From Phycisphaerae bacterium (GTDB lineage Bacteria > Planctomycetota > Phycisphaerae > WQYP01): a stretch of DNA of 64,000 nt. Location of the stretch: NCBI GenBank assembly GCA_049965755.1, contig JBMFVY010000003.1, positions 1,238 to 65,237 on the forward strand, written 5' to 3'. The translations under genes were made by a program, and so were the position numbers. The notes under the pieces were generated by a model that was not told where the DNA came from, made no database searches, and worked only from the letters and a program-made list of their open reading frames with translations. The stretch's first letter is position 1, and every line of letters starts with the position of its first letter. Shown here one piece after another: positions 8,568 through 18,681 of the stretch.

Positions 8568-10499
8568 ATGACAGCCGTTGAAACGTTATTGCAGAATGAA
8601 GACATCCACTCCTATCTTGAGCGAAATCAGCGTAAGGAGTTGCTGCGGTTTCTGACGTGCGGATCGGTCGATGACGGCAAGAGCACGCTTATCGGCCGAC
8701 TGCTTCATGACACCAAGACGATTTATGAAGATCAGTTGGCGGCGGTCAAACGCGACAGCGTGCGACACGGAACAACCGGCGGCGAGGTGGATCTGGCGCT
8801 GCTTACCGACGGTCTCAAGGCCGAACGGGAACAGGGCATTACCATCGATGTGGCGTATCGTTTTTTTTCCACCGCCAAGCGCAAGTTTATCATTGCCGAC
8901 ACTCCCGGACACGAGCAATACACCCGCAATATGGCCACCGGAGCATCAACCTGTCAACTGGCGATTATTCTGGTTGACGCACGCCACGGCGTATTGCCGC
9001 AGACGCGGCGGCACAGCTACATCTGTTCGCTGCTGGGGATTCAGCATCTGGTGGTGACGATCAACAAGATGGATCTGGTGAATTATTCCGAGGCACGATT
9101 TAATGAAATTAAAAATCAGTACTCGGAATTCGCCTCGAAACTCGATATCCGGGATATTCATTTCATCCCGATCTCGGCGCTGAAAGGGGATAATATCGTA
9201 GAGTCCAGCCCCCATATGCCCTGGTATAAAAGCGGACCGCTGCTGAATCATCTGGAGACGGTGCATATTGCGTCGGACCGGAACCTGACGGACTTTCGTC
9301 TGCCGGTGCAGCTCGTGCTGAGGCCGAACCTGAATTTTCGCGGGTTCGCCGGGTCGATTGCATCGGGCCGCGTGCGGGTTGGCGATGAAGTGATGATCCT
9401 GCCATCATCGCGGAAGACGCGGGTCAAATCGATTGTCACTGCGGACGGCGAATTAAGCGAAGCGCAATGCCCCATGCCGGTGGTTTTAACCCTTGCCGAC
9501 GAAGTGGACATCAGCCGCGGCGACATATTGACCGACGTGGAAAATCCGCCGCACTTCGGCCATGATTTTGAAGCGAATCTGGTCTGGCTTAATGAAAAGC
9601 CATTTGATCCGGAAGGGGCGTATCTGCTTAAGCACGGCACGCGAACCACGCCGGTGACACTGAATATTGTTCACGGCATCGATGTCAATACGCTGGAGTC
9701 GAAGGAACTCGACACGCTGCATCTCAACGAAGTCGCCCGGTGCGAAATGTCCGCGACGACACCATTGGCATTCGACCCGTATAAAAGTAATCGCTCCACC
9801 GGGGCGTTTATCGTTATTGATCGCCAGACCAGCAATACGGTGGCGTGCGGCATGATTCTGGATCAGGATGTGCAATCCGGCCCCACCGACCCGTGGGCGA
9901 TTGTTGCCGGGCACGAGAGCCGGGCGCGATCCAAGGTTACCGCGCGACTGCGGCAGGAGCGACTGGGCCAAAAACCGTGCACCATTTTGCTGACGGGTTT
10001 GACCGGTTCCGGCAAAGCAACGATTGCGTTTGAGTTGGAAAAGCGGCTTTTCGAACTCGGCAAGCTGCCGGTGGTGCTCCATGGGCTGGACCTGCGGCGG
10101 CAGATTGCCAGCGATTTGGGATTTTCGGCGGATGATCGGTCGGAAAACCTCCGTCGTATCGGCGGCATAGCCCGAATCTTGAACGATAACGGCATGATCG
10201 CGATATGCGCGGTGCTGGCACCGCTGGCGTCAGTCCGCGAGCGGGTGAAAAAGCTGCTTGGTGAAGATCGGTATTTGGAGGTTTATCTCTCGGCGCCGCT
10301 GGAAGTGTGTAAGTCTCGGGATCAGGCGGGGATATATAAATTGGCCGAGGCGGGGAAGATCAAGGCGTTTCCGGGCATATCGTCACCGTATGAGGTACCG
10401 GAATCACCGGACCTGACCCTTGCGACGCATGAGATTTCGGTTACCGAATCGGTAGACCGGATTATGACCATGCTAAAAAGGCGAGGGTGGATCGAGTAA
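8568..10499 (+). CDS. cysNC: bifunctional sulfate adenylyltransferase subunit 1 / adenylylsulfate (APS) kinase
   Basis: N-terminal GTPase domain (GSVDDGKSTLIGRLL, DTPGHEQY, NKMD). C-terminal APS kinase with P-loop LLTGLTGSGKATIA and the DLRRQIASDLGFS motif. Confidence 0.95.
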   Translation: MTAVETLLQNEDIHSYLERNQRKELLRFLTCGSVDDGKSTLIGRLLHDTKTIYEDQLAAVKRDSVRHGTTGGEVDLALLTDGLKAEREQGITIDVAYRFFSTAKRKFIIADTPGHEQYTRNMATGASTCQLAIILVDARHGVLPQTRRHSYICSLLGIQHLVVTINKMDLVNYSEARFNEIKNQYSEFASKLDIRDIHFIPISALKGDNIVESSPHMPWYKSGPLLNHLETVHIASDRNLTDFRLPVQLVLRPNLNFRGFAGSIASGRVRVGDEVMILPSSRKTRVKSIVTADGELSEAQCPMPVVLTLADEVDISRGDILTDVENPPHFGHDFEANLVWLNEKPFDPEGAYLLKHGTRTTPVTLNIVHGIDVNTLESKELDTLHLNEVARCEMSATTPLAFDPYKSNRSTGAFIVIDRQTSNTVACGMILDQDVQSGPTDPWAIVAGHESRARSKVTARLRQERLGQKPCTILLTGLTGSGKATIAFELEKRLFELGKLPVVLHGLDLRRQIASDLGFSADDRSENLRRIGGIARILNDNGMIAICAVLAPLASVRERVKKLLGEDRYLEVYLSAPLEVCKSRDQAGIYKLAEAGKIKAFPGISSPYEVPESPDLTLATHEISVTESVDRIMTMLKRRGWIE

Positions 10500-10664
10500 C
10501 ACCGCGTTTGCAGGCCGAAAAGTTGCCAAATCGCTTATGCTCGCAGGGTGGGGATGAGGCACGCATATCCACGGCGAAAAACTTGCCTCACAGCGGAAAC
10601 GTATATAATGTTGGCAAGGTTTTCGTGGGCGTATTCCCACGATGTTAGCTGGAGATTTGACGAC

Positions 10665-11390
10665 ATGAGTCGATTCGGTAATTTTAACCCCTCCATGATG
10701 GCACAAGCCAACGCTAACGTGTCGCCTGATATGGCGGCGGAGCAGCGCAGTTTTTTGCACCGAACCTATGGATGGATGGCGATTGCACTGGCGGTGACCG
10801 GGCTTGTGGGGTGGGGAGTGGCGCAGTCACCTTCGCTGGTTAAGTCAATGGCAAATGCGTGGATATTTCTGGTAATCGTCCAGTTTGCCCTGGCGATGGG
10901 TTTGAGCTTTGCGATTAATCGTATCAGTTCGGCGGTTGCGACGCTGCTGTTTCTTGCCTATGCAGCTTCATTCGGGCTTACGATGTCGATTGTGCTGCTG
11001 GTGTTTACCGCGGCGTCGGTGTTTACCGCATTTTTCATTACGGCCGGTACGTTTGCCGCGCTGGCCATTTGGGGCACCTTTACCAACGCGGATCTCTCCC
11101 GGCTGGGGAGTATCGCCGGTATGGCTCTGATCGGTTTAATCATCGCCATGGTGGTGAGCTTTTTTGTCCACTCCACCATGATGGAGATGCTGATTAACGT
11201 TGCAGGCGTGCTGATTTTTACGGCGTTGACGGCGTATGACGCCCAGAAAATCAAATATATGTATCTGGTGGGATCGGAGACTTCCGAGGCATCCAAGAAA
11301 GCGTCCGTTATGGGCGCATTTATGCTGTATCTGGATTTCATCAACCTCTTTATGTTCATTCTGCAGTTTGTGGGCCAGCAGCGAGAATAA
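10665..11390 (+). CDS. Bax inhibitor-1 / YccA family membrane protein
   Basis: Seven predicted TM helices and the BI-1 family C-terminal pattern (...AYDAQKIKYMY...LYLDFINLFMFILQ). Start placed at ATG 10665, preceded by GGAG; the track ORF begins at 10548. Confidence 0.8.
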   Translation: MSRFGNFNPSMMAQANANVSPDMAAEQRSFLHRTYGWMAIALAVTGLVGWGVAQSPSLVKSMANAWIFLVIVQFALAMGLSFAINRISSAVATLLFLAYAASFGLTMSIVLLVFTAASVFTAFFITAGTFAALAIWGTFTNADLSRLGSIAGMALIGLIIAMVVSFFVHSTMMEMLINVAGVLIFTALTAYDAQKIKYMYLVGSETSEASKKASVMGAFMLYLDFINLFMFILQFVGQQRE

Positions 11391-11413
11391 TGCACACAAC
11401 GAAATTGAGACAG

Positions 11414-11446
11414 GCGAACATCCAGACCGGGTGTTCGCTTTTTTTA
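11414..11446 (+). terminator. rho-independent terminator after the BI-1 gene
   Basis: Hairpin GCGAACA-tccagaccggg-TGTTCGC followed by TTTTTTTA. Confidence 0.7.
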
Positions 11447-11519
11447 TTGGGTGCGACCGGTTTTACTATCGCCTGTAGAATTTTTGCGGTATGGTGGCAA
11501 GTGAATGAAGGAGCCTGAA

Positions 11520-12014
11520 ATGGCGAACAAACCACTGGTGGGAATTATCATGGGAAGCCGATCCGATTTACCCACCATGCAGCATGCTGCCGACACGCTG
11601 AAGCATTTTTCCGTCGCCTACGAAATGCGGGTAGTATCCGCTCACCGTACGCCCAAGATGATGATGTCTTATGCCGAAGAAGCGGGGAATCGCGGAATCA
11701 AGGTGATTATTGCCGGAGCGGGAGGGGCGGCACATCTTCCCGGAATGGTGGCATCCAACACTGCGCTACCGGTGTTGGGCGTGCCGATCCAAAGTCGGGC
11801 GCTGCGCGGCATTGATTCGCTACTTTCGATTGTGCAGATGCCTGCGGGGATACCGGTGGGAACACTCGCGATTGGGAAAGCGGGGGCTGCCAATGCCGCC
11901 CTGATGGCAGTATCGATATTGGCACTGGAAGATACTCATCTTGCCCAACGATATGCCGAGTGGCGAACTGCCAATACTCGGGGAGTCATGGAGAATGCGC
12001 ACATTGAAGGGTGA
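11520..12014 (+). CDS. purE: N5-carboxyaminoimidazole ribonucleotide mutase
   Basis: Classic PurE sequence ([12 protein letters not shown]...[16 protein letters not shown]...GVPIQS). RBS GAAGGAG lies before ATG 11520. Confidence 0.95.
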   Translation: MANKPLVGIIMGSRSDLPTMQHAADTLKHFSVAYEMRVVSAHRTPKMMMSYAEEAGNRGIKVIIAGAGGAAHLPGMVASNTALPVLGVPIQSRALRGIDSLLSIVQMPAGIPVGTLAIGKAGAANAALMAVSILALEDTHLAQRYAEWRTANTRGVMENAHIEG

Positions 12015-13176
12015 ACATTCGATTAAAAATCAGCGGCATCCGGTGAATGGCGAGCGTTCCCTCTGCGTGCTGGGAGGTGGCCAGCTTGGAGCCATGCTCT
12101 GCGAGGCAGCCAAACGGATGGGATATTTCACCATCTGCATTTCGAGCGATGAAGCCGATCCCGCCAGCCGATGGGCGGACCTGCACATCAAGGGGGACCC
12201 GAGTGATCCGCGTCTGGTAAGGTCGGTTGCAGAAAATGCGGCGGCCATCACGGTGGAAGCGGAAAGTATCGCACCGGCCGCACTGGGGCATGATCACTTT
12301 CGAGGGGTAATCTCGCCGGGCGTCGAAGCGCAGCGAATCGTTCAGGATCGCCGACTGGAGAAGACCTTTCTGGCGGAGCATGGACTAGCGGTGGGCCCGT
12401 TCCGCCTGGCTGAAACGCTGGAAGATTTGACAACCGCCGCGGAAGAAATGCTTCAGACAAGCCCGAAAATCGTGGCCAAGACGGCGCGAGGCGGCTACGA
12501 CGGGCGCGGACAGGTGTGGATCGATTCACCGGAAAAAGCGGCTTCCGCATGGCAGGCGCTGGGGCAGGTGCCCGTGGTGGTGGAAGCGGCCGTCGATTTT
12601 ACGGCAGAAATTTCAGTGATCGTGGCGCGAAATAATCGCGGCGAAAAATGCGTTTTTCCCGTTCTGCAGAACGAACATCGCCGGGGTATTCTGTTTCAAA
12701 CTCAAATCCCCGCCCCCCAACCTCTGGAGGTGATTCGCAGCGCCCAGGAGCTCGCGATTGAAACGGCCGACGCGCTGGCGATTGTCGGACTCCTGACCGT
12801 CGAGATGTTTGTTCTGCCGGATGGGCGGGTATGGGTGAATGAACTGGCGGCGCGACCGCATAATTCAGGCCACGTGACGATGCGTGCGACATCCCGCTCG
12901 CAATTTGAAATGCACGTTTGTGCATTGATGGATCTACCACTTTCGCCGGTCGGACTTATCACTCCCGGTGTGATGACCAATTTATTAGGCGATCTGTGGG
13001 CGGACGGCGAACCTGATTTTCAATCGGTATTGACCCACTCGATGGCAAGTATTCACCTCTATGGCAAGAGCCCGCGGCCCGGTCGCAAAATGGGGCATAT
13101 GATCCATATAGCCGCCACGTTGGACGAGGCCAAATCGGCAGCCGACCGCGCCTATGCAGCGCTGGGCGGGAAATAG
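11995..13176 (+). CDS. purK: N5-carboxyaminoimidazole ribonucleotide synthase (ATP-grasp)
   Basis: PurK motifs ([12 protein letters not shown]..., ATP-grasp core, C-terminal [13 protein letters not shown]). Start probably ATG 11995, which overlaps the purE 3' end by 20 nt; the track ORF uses TTG 11941. Confidence 0.9.
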   Translation: MRTLKGEHSIKNQRHPVNGERSLCVLGGGQLGAMLCEAAKRMGYFTICISSDEADPASRWADLHIKGDPSDPRLVRSVAENAAAITVEAESIAPAALGHDHFRGVISPGVEAQRIVQDRRLEKTFLAEHGLAVGPFRLAETLEDLTTAAEEMLQTSPKIVAKTARGGYDGRGQVWIDSPEKAASAWQALGQVPVVVEAAVDFTAEISVIVARNNRGEKCVFPVLQNEHRRGILFQTQIPAPQPLEVIRSAQELAIETADALAIVGLLTVEMFVLPDGRVWVNELAARPHNSGHVTMRATSRSQFEMHVCALMDLPLSPVGLITPGVMTNLLGDLWADGEPDFQSVLTHSMASIHLYGKSPRPGRKMGHMIHIAATLDEAKSAADRAYAALGGK

Positions 13177-13319
13177 GCTGCCTTGACACGGGAATCGGGC
13201 GGCTGGGGCGGACCGGTTCCTCGGCCATCGGCGGATGCCGGTCGGATGAAAAGGACCCCGGGCAAAGGCTAAAATCCTCTGCAGTCCGCAAGATTTCGTG
13301 TGCTGAGGAGAACTGGGTC

Positions 13320-14405
13320 ATGTTATCGAACGTAATCTGCCTGATGATCGGCGTGATGATCATCGGAATGTCCATTTTTGATCTTCTCTGGACGGCTTTT
13401 GTTGAAGGTGCCGGACCGCTTTCATTGCGGACGATGATTTTGGTGGGACGGATGCAGAGACATCTTCGCTCGCATGTTCACTCACGCAAGATTATTCCCT
13501 GGGCGGGATTAAGCGTCATTCTGGCAAGTTTGGCGATGTGGACCGGCCTGATGTGGATTGGATGGACATTCATTTTTTCCTCGTTTCCCGGTGCCGTGGT
13601 CTCCGCTACCACCCATCAACCGGTTGATCTCTGGCAGCGTATCTATTTCGTCGGATCGACGCTCTTTACACTCGGCATCGGCGATCTGTTACCCCGCGGC
13701 CCTGCATTTGAGATTTTGACCGATCTGTGCAGTGCAAGCGGTTTCTTTGTGTTTGGTGCGGCCCTCGCCTATCTGGTGCCGGTGATTTCAGCGGCAACTC
13801 AAAAGCGATCGGTTGCCGTATACATCTGGTCATTGGGGCATAATCCGTCGGATATTATTTATCGAGCGTGGAACGGCTGCGATTCGGCGGAACTGGCCAA
13901 TCATTTCGACGCGCTGATTCCCCAACTTTTTACGCTGGGCGAATTGCATCTTACCTATCCTGTGCTGCATTTTTTTCACAGCCCCAAACGGGCGGCGAGC
14001 GCCGGAGCCAATATCGCCATGCTCGATGAGGCACTGAGCATTCTTGAATTCGGTCTGGAGCAGACTTGCGGGGTGCAGGCTGCTCGTATCCATTCGGTTC
14101 GTGAAGCGATTAACCAGTACGTGGTTACGCTCGCGCCGGTATTGAAATATGTACGTTCCGGCGGGTCGCCACCAATTCCGTCGCTGGACGTACTACGACA
14201 GGGAGGATTGCCGACCAAGCCGCAACGCGACTACGAAACCGCGATCGGCAATCAGATGGAACGGCGGCAGTTATTGCTGCGCCTGGCCAAGATGGAAGGC
14301 TGGTCATGGGAGCATATTCATCCGACAGAGCTGTGCATAGCAGCAGAGCCACAGCGACGGATTATTCCTACCAGTTCAGAGCCTGCTCCGGTAGCCAGCG
14401 TATAA
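13320..14405 (+). CDS. two-TM ion-channel (K+-channel-like) protein with an atypical TLGIGD pore signature and a C-terminal cytoplasmic domain
   Basis: TM1, pore helix, filter (FTLGIGDLLPRG) and TM2 in a channel-like arrangement. Ile replaces the canonical Tyr of GYGD. A C-terminal domain of about 200 aa follows. Confidence 0.55.
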   Translation: MLSNVICLMIGVMIIGMSIFDLLWTAFVEGAGPLSLRTMILVGRMQRHLRSHVHSRKIIPWAGLSVILASLAMWTGLMWIGWTFIFSSFPGAVVSATTHQPVDLWQRIYFVGSTLFTLGIGDLLPRGPAFEILTDLCSASGFFVFGAALAYLVPVISAATQKRSVAVYIWSLGHNPSDIIYRAWNGCDSAELANHFDALIPQLFTLGELHLTYPVLHFFHSPKRAASAGANIAMLDEALSILEFGLEQTCGVQAARIHSVREAINQYVVTLAPVLKYVRSGGSPPIPSLDVLRQGGLPTKPQRDYETAIGNQMERRQLLLRLAKMEGWSWEHIHPTELCIAAEPQRRIIPTSSEPAPVASV

Positions 14406-14430
14406 CGCGGCGTCGTGGGGGCCCATTGCT

Positions 14431-14904
14431 TCAGTCGGCGTCGATTTTGAGCAGATTCAGTGCGAGGGAACGGGTCGAAATGATATCTTCGGTGATGATG
14501 GCGATCGCCTGCCGCTGAACCCGCCAGATGAACGATTTTTCCACATCTGCCGACGGCACCCAGCGAAAATCGGTATGCTCATCGTTGAGTACCACTTTAT
14601 GGTTTCTTGGGGCGGCAGCGGCGAATACGGGTAAAACATTCACCCGATCTCTGCCCCGGTGATAAAACATTTCCAGAAATTCCACCTGGTGAAATGCGGT
14701 TGGTTTGAGGCCGGTCTCCTCGCGCAATTCACGAAGGGCGGCTTCGACGGCCGTTTCACCCGATTTTATTCCCCCGTACACAACGCTCCATATCCCGCCA
14801 TACTCCCCCTGCTCGCCAGCCCGAAGCAATTGAAGAAATTCCGGCCCCGCAGGGGTTTTACGATAAACGTAAACAGCGATACGGTTACTTTTTATCTTCG
14901 GCAT
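14431..14904 (-). CDS. NUDIX hydrolase
   Basis: Nudix box GGIKSGETAVEAALRELREETGL. Confidence 0.85.
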   Translation of the reverse strand: MPKIKSNRIAVYVYRKTPAGPEFLQLLRAGEQGEYGGIWSVVYGGIKSGETAVEAALRELREETGLKPTAFHQVEFLEMFYHRGRDRVNVLPVFAAAAPRNHKVVLNDEHTDFRWVPSADVEKSFIWRVQRQAIAIITEDIISTRSLALNLLKIDAD

Positions 14905-14938
14905 GGAATTGAACCTTCCTTATTTTGAGTCTGCTTCA

Positions 14939-16198
14939 TCAAATCTTTTCAAATGTTTGTCGGGGTGTGCGGCGGATCACACCACGCAGTTCCAGCATGG
15001 TAAGTTCGGCCATCACGACGGCGGCCGGCAAAGAAGTATTTTGGCATAATTCATCCAAACCTGAATCGGAGCCGTTACCGATGGCGGCGAGAATTTTTTC
15101 CTGCGGAGCGGAAAAGAGCTGCTCCTGCGGCTCTGATTCCGTTGCGCCAGCGGGGGTGGGCAGACCTTCCCGCCGCGAGGCTGAAGCGGACGATGCCGAC
15201 CTGCGGGCTGCGGGACGAACCGGCGCGGGCACAGGCGCCGGTTTAGCGGAGACTGCGGTGGGCGCCGCAGAATCGTCCGATTCGGATTCGGCGGTCAAGA
15301 GACCAAGTGATTCCATGATATCGGGGGCTGATTCCACCAATTCCGCTCCACCGGAGCGAATGAGATGATGGGTGCCGCTGCTGGCCGGAGAATCGACCCT
15401 GCCGGGCACGGCAAACACTTCGCGTCCATAATCTTCAGCGGCAAGGCGGGCGGTAATCATCGAACCGCTGCGCAAATTGGCCTCCACCACCAGCGTGCCG
15501 AGAGATAGAGCTGCGATGATACGATTGCGGGGTGGAAAATTTTTTGGCAGCGGTGGTTCGCCGGGCGGCATTTCACTGATGATACAGCCGCAGTGGCGTT
15601 TAACAATTTCATCATAAAGCTCGTGATTTTCCGGCGGATAGCAATGACTGAGCCCGCAACCGCTTACTACAATCGTGCGGCCACCGGCGCGAAGCGCACC
15701 GTAGTGGGCGGCGGTATCGATGCCGCGGGCCCCCCCGCTTACGACCGTCATACCCGCCTGGGCAAGTCCGCGGGCAAATTTTTCCGCCTGTTCGCGCCCA
15801 TAAAGGGTGCACTGGCGGGCTCCGACAATGGCCACGGCAAGCGTATCATCGCGCAGCAATTCCCCGCGCAGAAATAATATCGGGGGCGGGTCCGGAATCG
15901 GACGCAGGCCCGGCGGCCAATTGTCATCGGTCGGGCAGATGATCCGCAGGGCGAGGCGGTCGCAATCGGTGAGGGTCTCGTCGATATTCACCTGTGCAAA
16001 TGCTGATTTGAACGCAGCGGCCCGCTCGACTGTGATGCCCAGAGCCGCGGCCCATTCTGACGCGGGAAGGTTACATGCAGCCTGTACGTGTCCCGCGTGA
16101 GCAACCAGACGATTGATGAGAATCGGTCCCAGGCCGGCGGTACGCGAGAGTCGTAAATAAGCCAATGCATCAGGTGAAGCAATCGTTGAGGTGTTCAT
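14939..16198 (-). CDS. dprA: DNA-processing protein A (DprA/Smf)
   Basis: Rossmann-like DprA core (AIVGARQCTLYG...VVSGGARGIDTAAH...), an Ala/Pro-rich linker and a C-terminal winged-helix region. Confidence 0.9.
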   Translation of the reverse strand: MNTSTIASPDALAYLRLSRTAGLGPILINRLVAHAGHVQAACNLPASEWAAALGITVERAAAFKSAFAQVNIDETLTDCDRLALRIICPTDDNWPPGLRPIPDPPPILFLRGELLRDDTLAVAIVGARQCTLYGREQAEKFARGLAQAGMTVVSGGARGIDTAAHYGALRAGGRTIVVSGCGLSHCYPPENHELYDEIVKRHCGCIISEMPPGEPPLPKNFPPRNRIIAALSLGTLVVEANLRSGSMITARLAAEDYGREVFAVPGRVDSPASSGTHHLIRSGGAELVESAPDIMESLGLLTAESESDDSAAPTAVSAKPAPVPAPVRPAARRSASSASASRREGLPTPAGATESEPQEQLFSAPQEKILAAIGNGSDSGLDELCQNTSLPAAVVMAELTMLELRGVIRRTPRQTFEKI

Positions 16199-17322
16199 CG
16201 GACTGACGCCCCCGCTGTGATGACGGATTTGATGGCATCGAGGATCGCCGCCTCGGGAACATCGGTTACCACCTTTACTTCACCAATTTTCAGGGGCAGA
16301 ATGAGTCGGAGTCTGGCGGAGGCAACTTTTTTATCACTGTACATGGCTGAATGAATAGCCTGCACATCTACTCTTGGAATACATGTCGGCAAACCGGCCC
16401 TACGGATAAGTGATTCCAGACGACCGGAGAGTTGGGACTCGCAGTGCCCCAGTTCCACCGCCAACCGTGCTGCGGCCAGCATGCCCAGCGCCACGGCATA
16501 ACCGTGCGGCAGCTTGTCGTAGCCGACCACCGCTTCCATGGCATGGCCGAACGTATGGCCGAGGTTGAGATGGGCGCGAATGGAATTCTCGTAGGGGTCT
16601 TTCGTGACGATTTCGGCCTTGATACGGACATTTCGGGAGATGAGTTCTGTCAAATCACCGGGGTTACTTTCGAGCACCTGAGGAAGATGATCTTCAAGCC
16701 AGTGGAATAAATTTTCGTCGGCAATGACAGCGTGCTTGATGCACTCCGCCAAGCCCGAGATCAACTCGCGCCGCGGAAGCGTTGAGAGAAAATTCACATC
16801 CATGGCGACAAGTGACGCATGATGAAATGCGCCCAGCAAATTTTTACCCATGGCGTGATCAATACCGGTCTTTCCCCCGACACCAGCATCGACGGCCGCG
16901 AGGAGGGAAGTGGGCATTTGAATCAGCGGAACGCCACGCAGAACGGTGGCGGCGGCAAAGCCGGTCATGTCACCGACGACTCCCCCACCGAGGGCGATGA
17001 TCGGCAGGCGGCGTTCCCAGCGATGATCAAGCAGAAAGTCCCAGATTGTGCCAAGTGTTGAGATATTTTTATGCTGCTCACCGGCCGGGATGATCAGGGA
17101 GGCCGGTTTGATTCCCCCCTCGCGGAGCGCCGATTCTATCTTGGGGAGATGGAGCGGCGCAACGTTGGCATCGGTAATGACGGCACAGGTATGCGGATGA
17201 AAACGCCCGACAACGAATTCTGCCACCTCCCGGCACATATCGGATCCGACAAGGATGTCGTAGTCGGCATGAACGGCGGCTACGTGAACATGAATCTTCT
17301 GCATAAGGGTATCATAACCCAA
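16195..17322 (-). CDS. aroB: 3-dehydroquinate synthase
   Basis: Glycine-rich NAD-binding stretch GGGVVGDMTGFAA and metal-binding His residues. Length and order are typical of AroB. A 4-nt overlap with dprA. Confidence 0.95.
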   Translation of the reverse strand: MGYDTLMQKIHVHVAAVHADYDILVGSDMCREVAEFVVGRFHPHTCAVITDANVAPLHLPKIESALREGGIKPASLIIPAGEQHKNISTLGTIWDFLLDHRWERRLPIIALGGGVVGDMTGFAAATVLRGVPLIQMPTSLLAAVDAGVGGKTGIDHAMGKNLLGAFHHASLVAMDVNFLSTLPRRELISGLAECIKHAVIADENLFHWLEDHLPQVLESNPGDLTELISRNVRIKAEIVTKDPYENSIRAHLNLGHTFGHAMEAVVGYDKLPHGYAVALGMLAAARLAVELGHCESQLSGRLESLIRRAGLPTCIPRVDVQAIHSAMYSDKKVASARLRLILPLKIGEVKVVTDVPEAAILDAIKSVITAGASVR

Positions 17323-17436
17323 CTATGGTGCCGGGGTCATGCCCAACGTTGCAGCCCGGGGACGCATCATCGGCGAAACGGAGTCTGGTTGGAGGTGCCG
17401 GGAGCCGGTAGCCGCAGTTGGAACATCCGACGCGAG

Positions 17437-18621
17437 CTATTTACTCATCATTTTTTTTATATCTTTTGTCACCTGCTGAGGATCATACCCCGTGATAATG
17501 TAACGCAATACGCCCTTTCGATCGAGAATAAATTGAGTCGGGATTGCGGTGATGCCGTAAGCCCGCGCAATGGCGAGATTGCCCGGGTTGTTGACATCGT
17601 ACATCTGAGGCCAGGTCATTTTTTTGTGTTGAGCCAGAAATGTTTTGAGTGCTTTGGGGTTGGCGTCCAGCGAAACGCCGATGACATCGAATCCTTTTTT
17701 GTGCAGTTTGGAATAAAGAGATTCGACGTGTGGGATACTTGCCCGGCACGGGGGGCACCATGTGGCCCAGGTATCCACGAGCACAACATGGCCGATGAGC
17801 GATTTGGTACTGAACGGTTTGCCGCTGCCAAGGAGAACGCCTTCAAACACGGCATGATGATTGAGGTGTTTATTTTGAGCGGTCTTCATAGCCGCCATTT
17901 GCTGGTATTGCTGCGCCGCGGGGCTCTTGAGTACCTTAAGAACGATTTCCCCGGCCTGATTGGCTACATGCGTGTCCGCCGCGCCAAGATGCCTGATGCT
18001 CATCAGCAACTGAACCATGTCCTCATTCATCGGGTGTTTGACGGCAATGGCGCGGAGCGTGTCGATGACCTTCTGCTGCGCAGCGGGATCGTGCTGGTGG
18101 GTAAGCCACATGTATTGCTGCAGATACATACGGGCGAGGAGGTTTCTGAACGGGTGCGCACTTTTGGCTTGAGCAGATAAACGCGCCAACGCAGATTGAT
18201 CGCCGAGCACGGCCATAATCGCGAGATAATGGTCGCGTGCACCGGTGAAAAAAGGTTTAAGCTCCGGGCGCTGCACCATCCCCTGATCAAATGCAGTTAC
18301 CACCGTGCCGAGGATGGGCGTGAGCTTGGGCCCGAATTTTGCCGTCAGGGACTTTGATTGGAGAACATCCACGATGGAAGCGCCATGGAGCGTTTCTGCA
18401 ATTTTCTTCAAAGACTTAAATTGAGCGGCCTCGACGTTCACCGCAATCTGTTGAGTTGACTCCTTTGCCGCGGGTGCAGGGCTCGAAGCCGCAGCCGACG
18501 CTGCCGATGATGCACTGATCACCATGGCAATGGCCACCGCGATTGATCCACCGATTATTGCCGTTCTCATTGACTTTTTACCGTTCAACATCCACCTTCT
18601 CCATGTAAGGAAAACAAACAA
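17437..18621 (-). CDS. TlpA-like thiol-disulfide oxidoreductase (thioredoxin fold) with N-terminal signal/anchor and helical domain
   Basis: C-terminal thioredoxin domain with WCPPC active site (VLVDTWATWCPPCRASIPHVESLY). N-terminal hydrophobic segment. Confidence 0.7.
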   Translation of the reverse strand: MFVFLTWRRWMLNGKKSMRTAIIGGSIAVAIAMVISASSAASAAASSPAPAAKESTQQIAVNVEAAQFKSLKKIAETLHGASIVDVLQSKSLTAKFGPKLTPILGTVVTAFDQGMVQRPELKPFFTGARDHYLAIMAVLGDQSALARLSAQAKSAHPFRNLLARMYLQQYMWLTHQHDPAAQQKVIDTLRAIAVKHPMNEDMVQLLMSIRHLGAADTHVANQAGEIVLKVLKSPAAQQYQQMAAMKTAQNKHLNHHAVFEGVLLGSGKPFSTKSLIGHVVLVDTWATWCPPCRASIPHVESLYSKLHKKGFDVIGVSLDANPKALKTFLAQHKKMTWPQMYDVNNPGNLAIARAYGITAIPTQFILDRKGVLRYIITGYDPQQVTKDIKKMMSK

Positions 18622-18681
18622 CGCCTGTTAGGCCAGTATATAATCGCGGCTCGGCCGAGAAGAAGAGCGAACGCCGAGCGA

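Noticed and set aside
11391-11519. Possible ZTP (pfl) riboswitch upstream of purE
   Set aside because: Only weak resemblance (GGGTGCGACCGG...CGCCTG). The region is too short and lacks the conserved pseudoknot 3' strand CCGCCUGGGCA. Better explained as the BI-1 terminator plus the purE RBS.
17071-18180. 369-aa plus-strand ORF spanning aroB and tlpA-like antisense
   Set aside because: Crosses two independent, well-supported minus-strand genes. Not plausible as a real gene.
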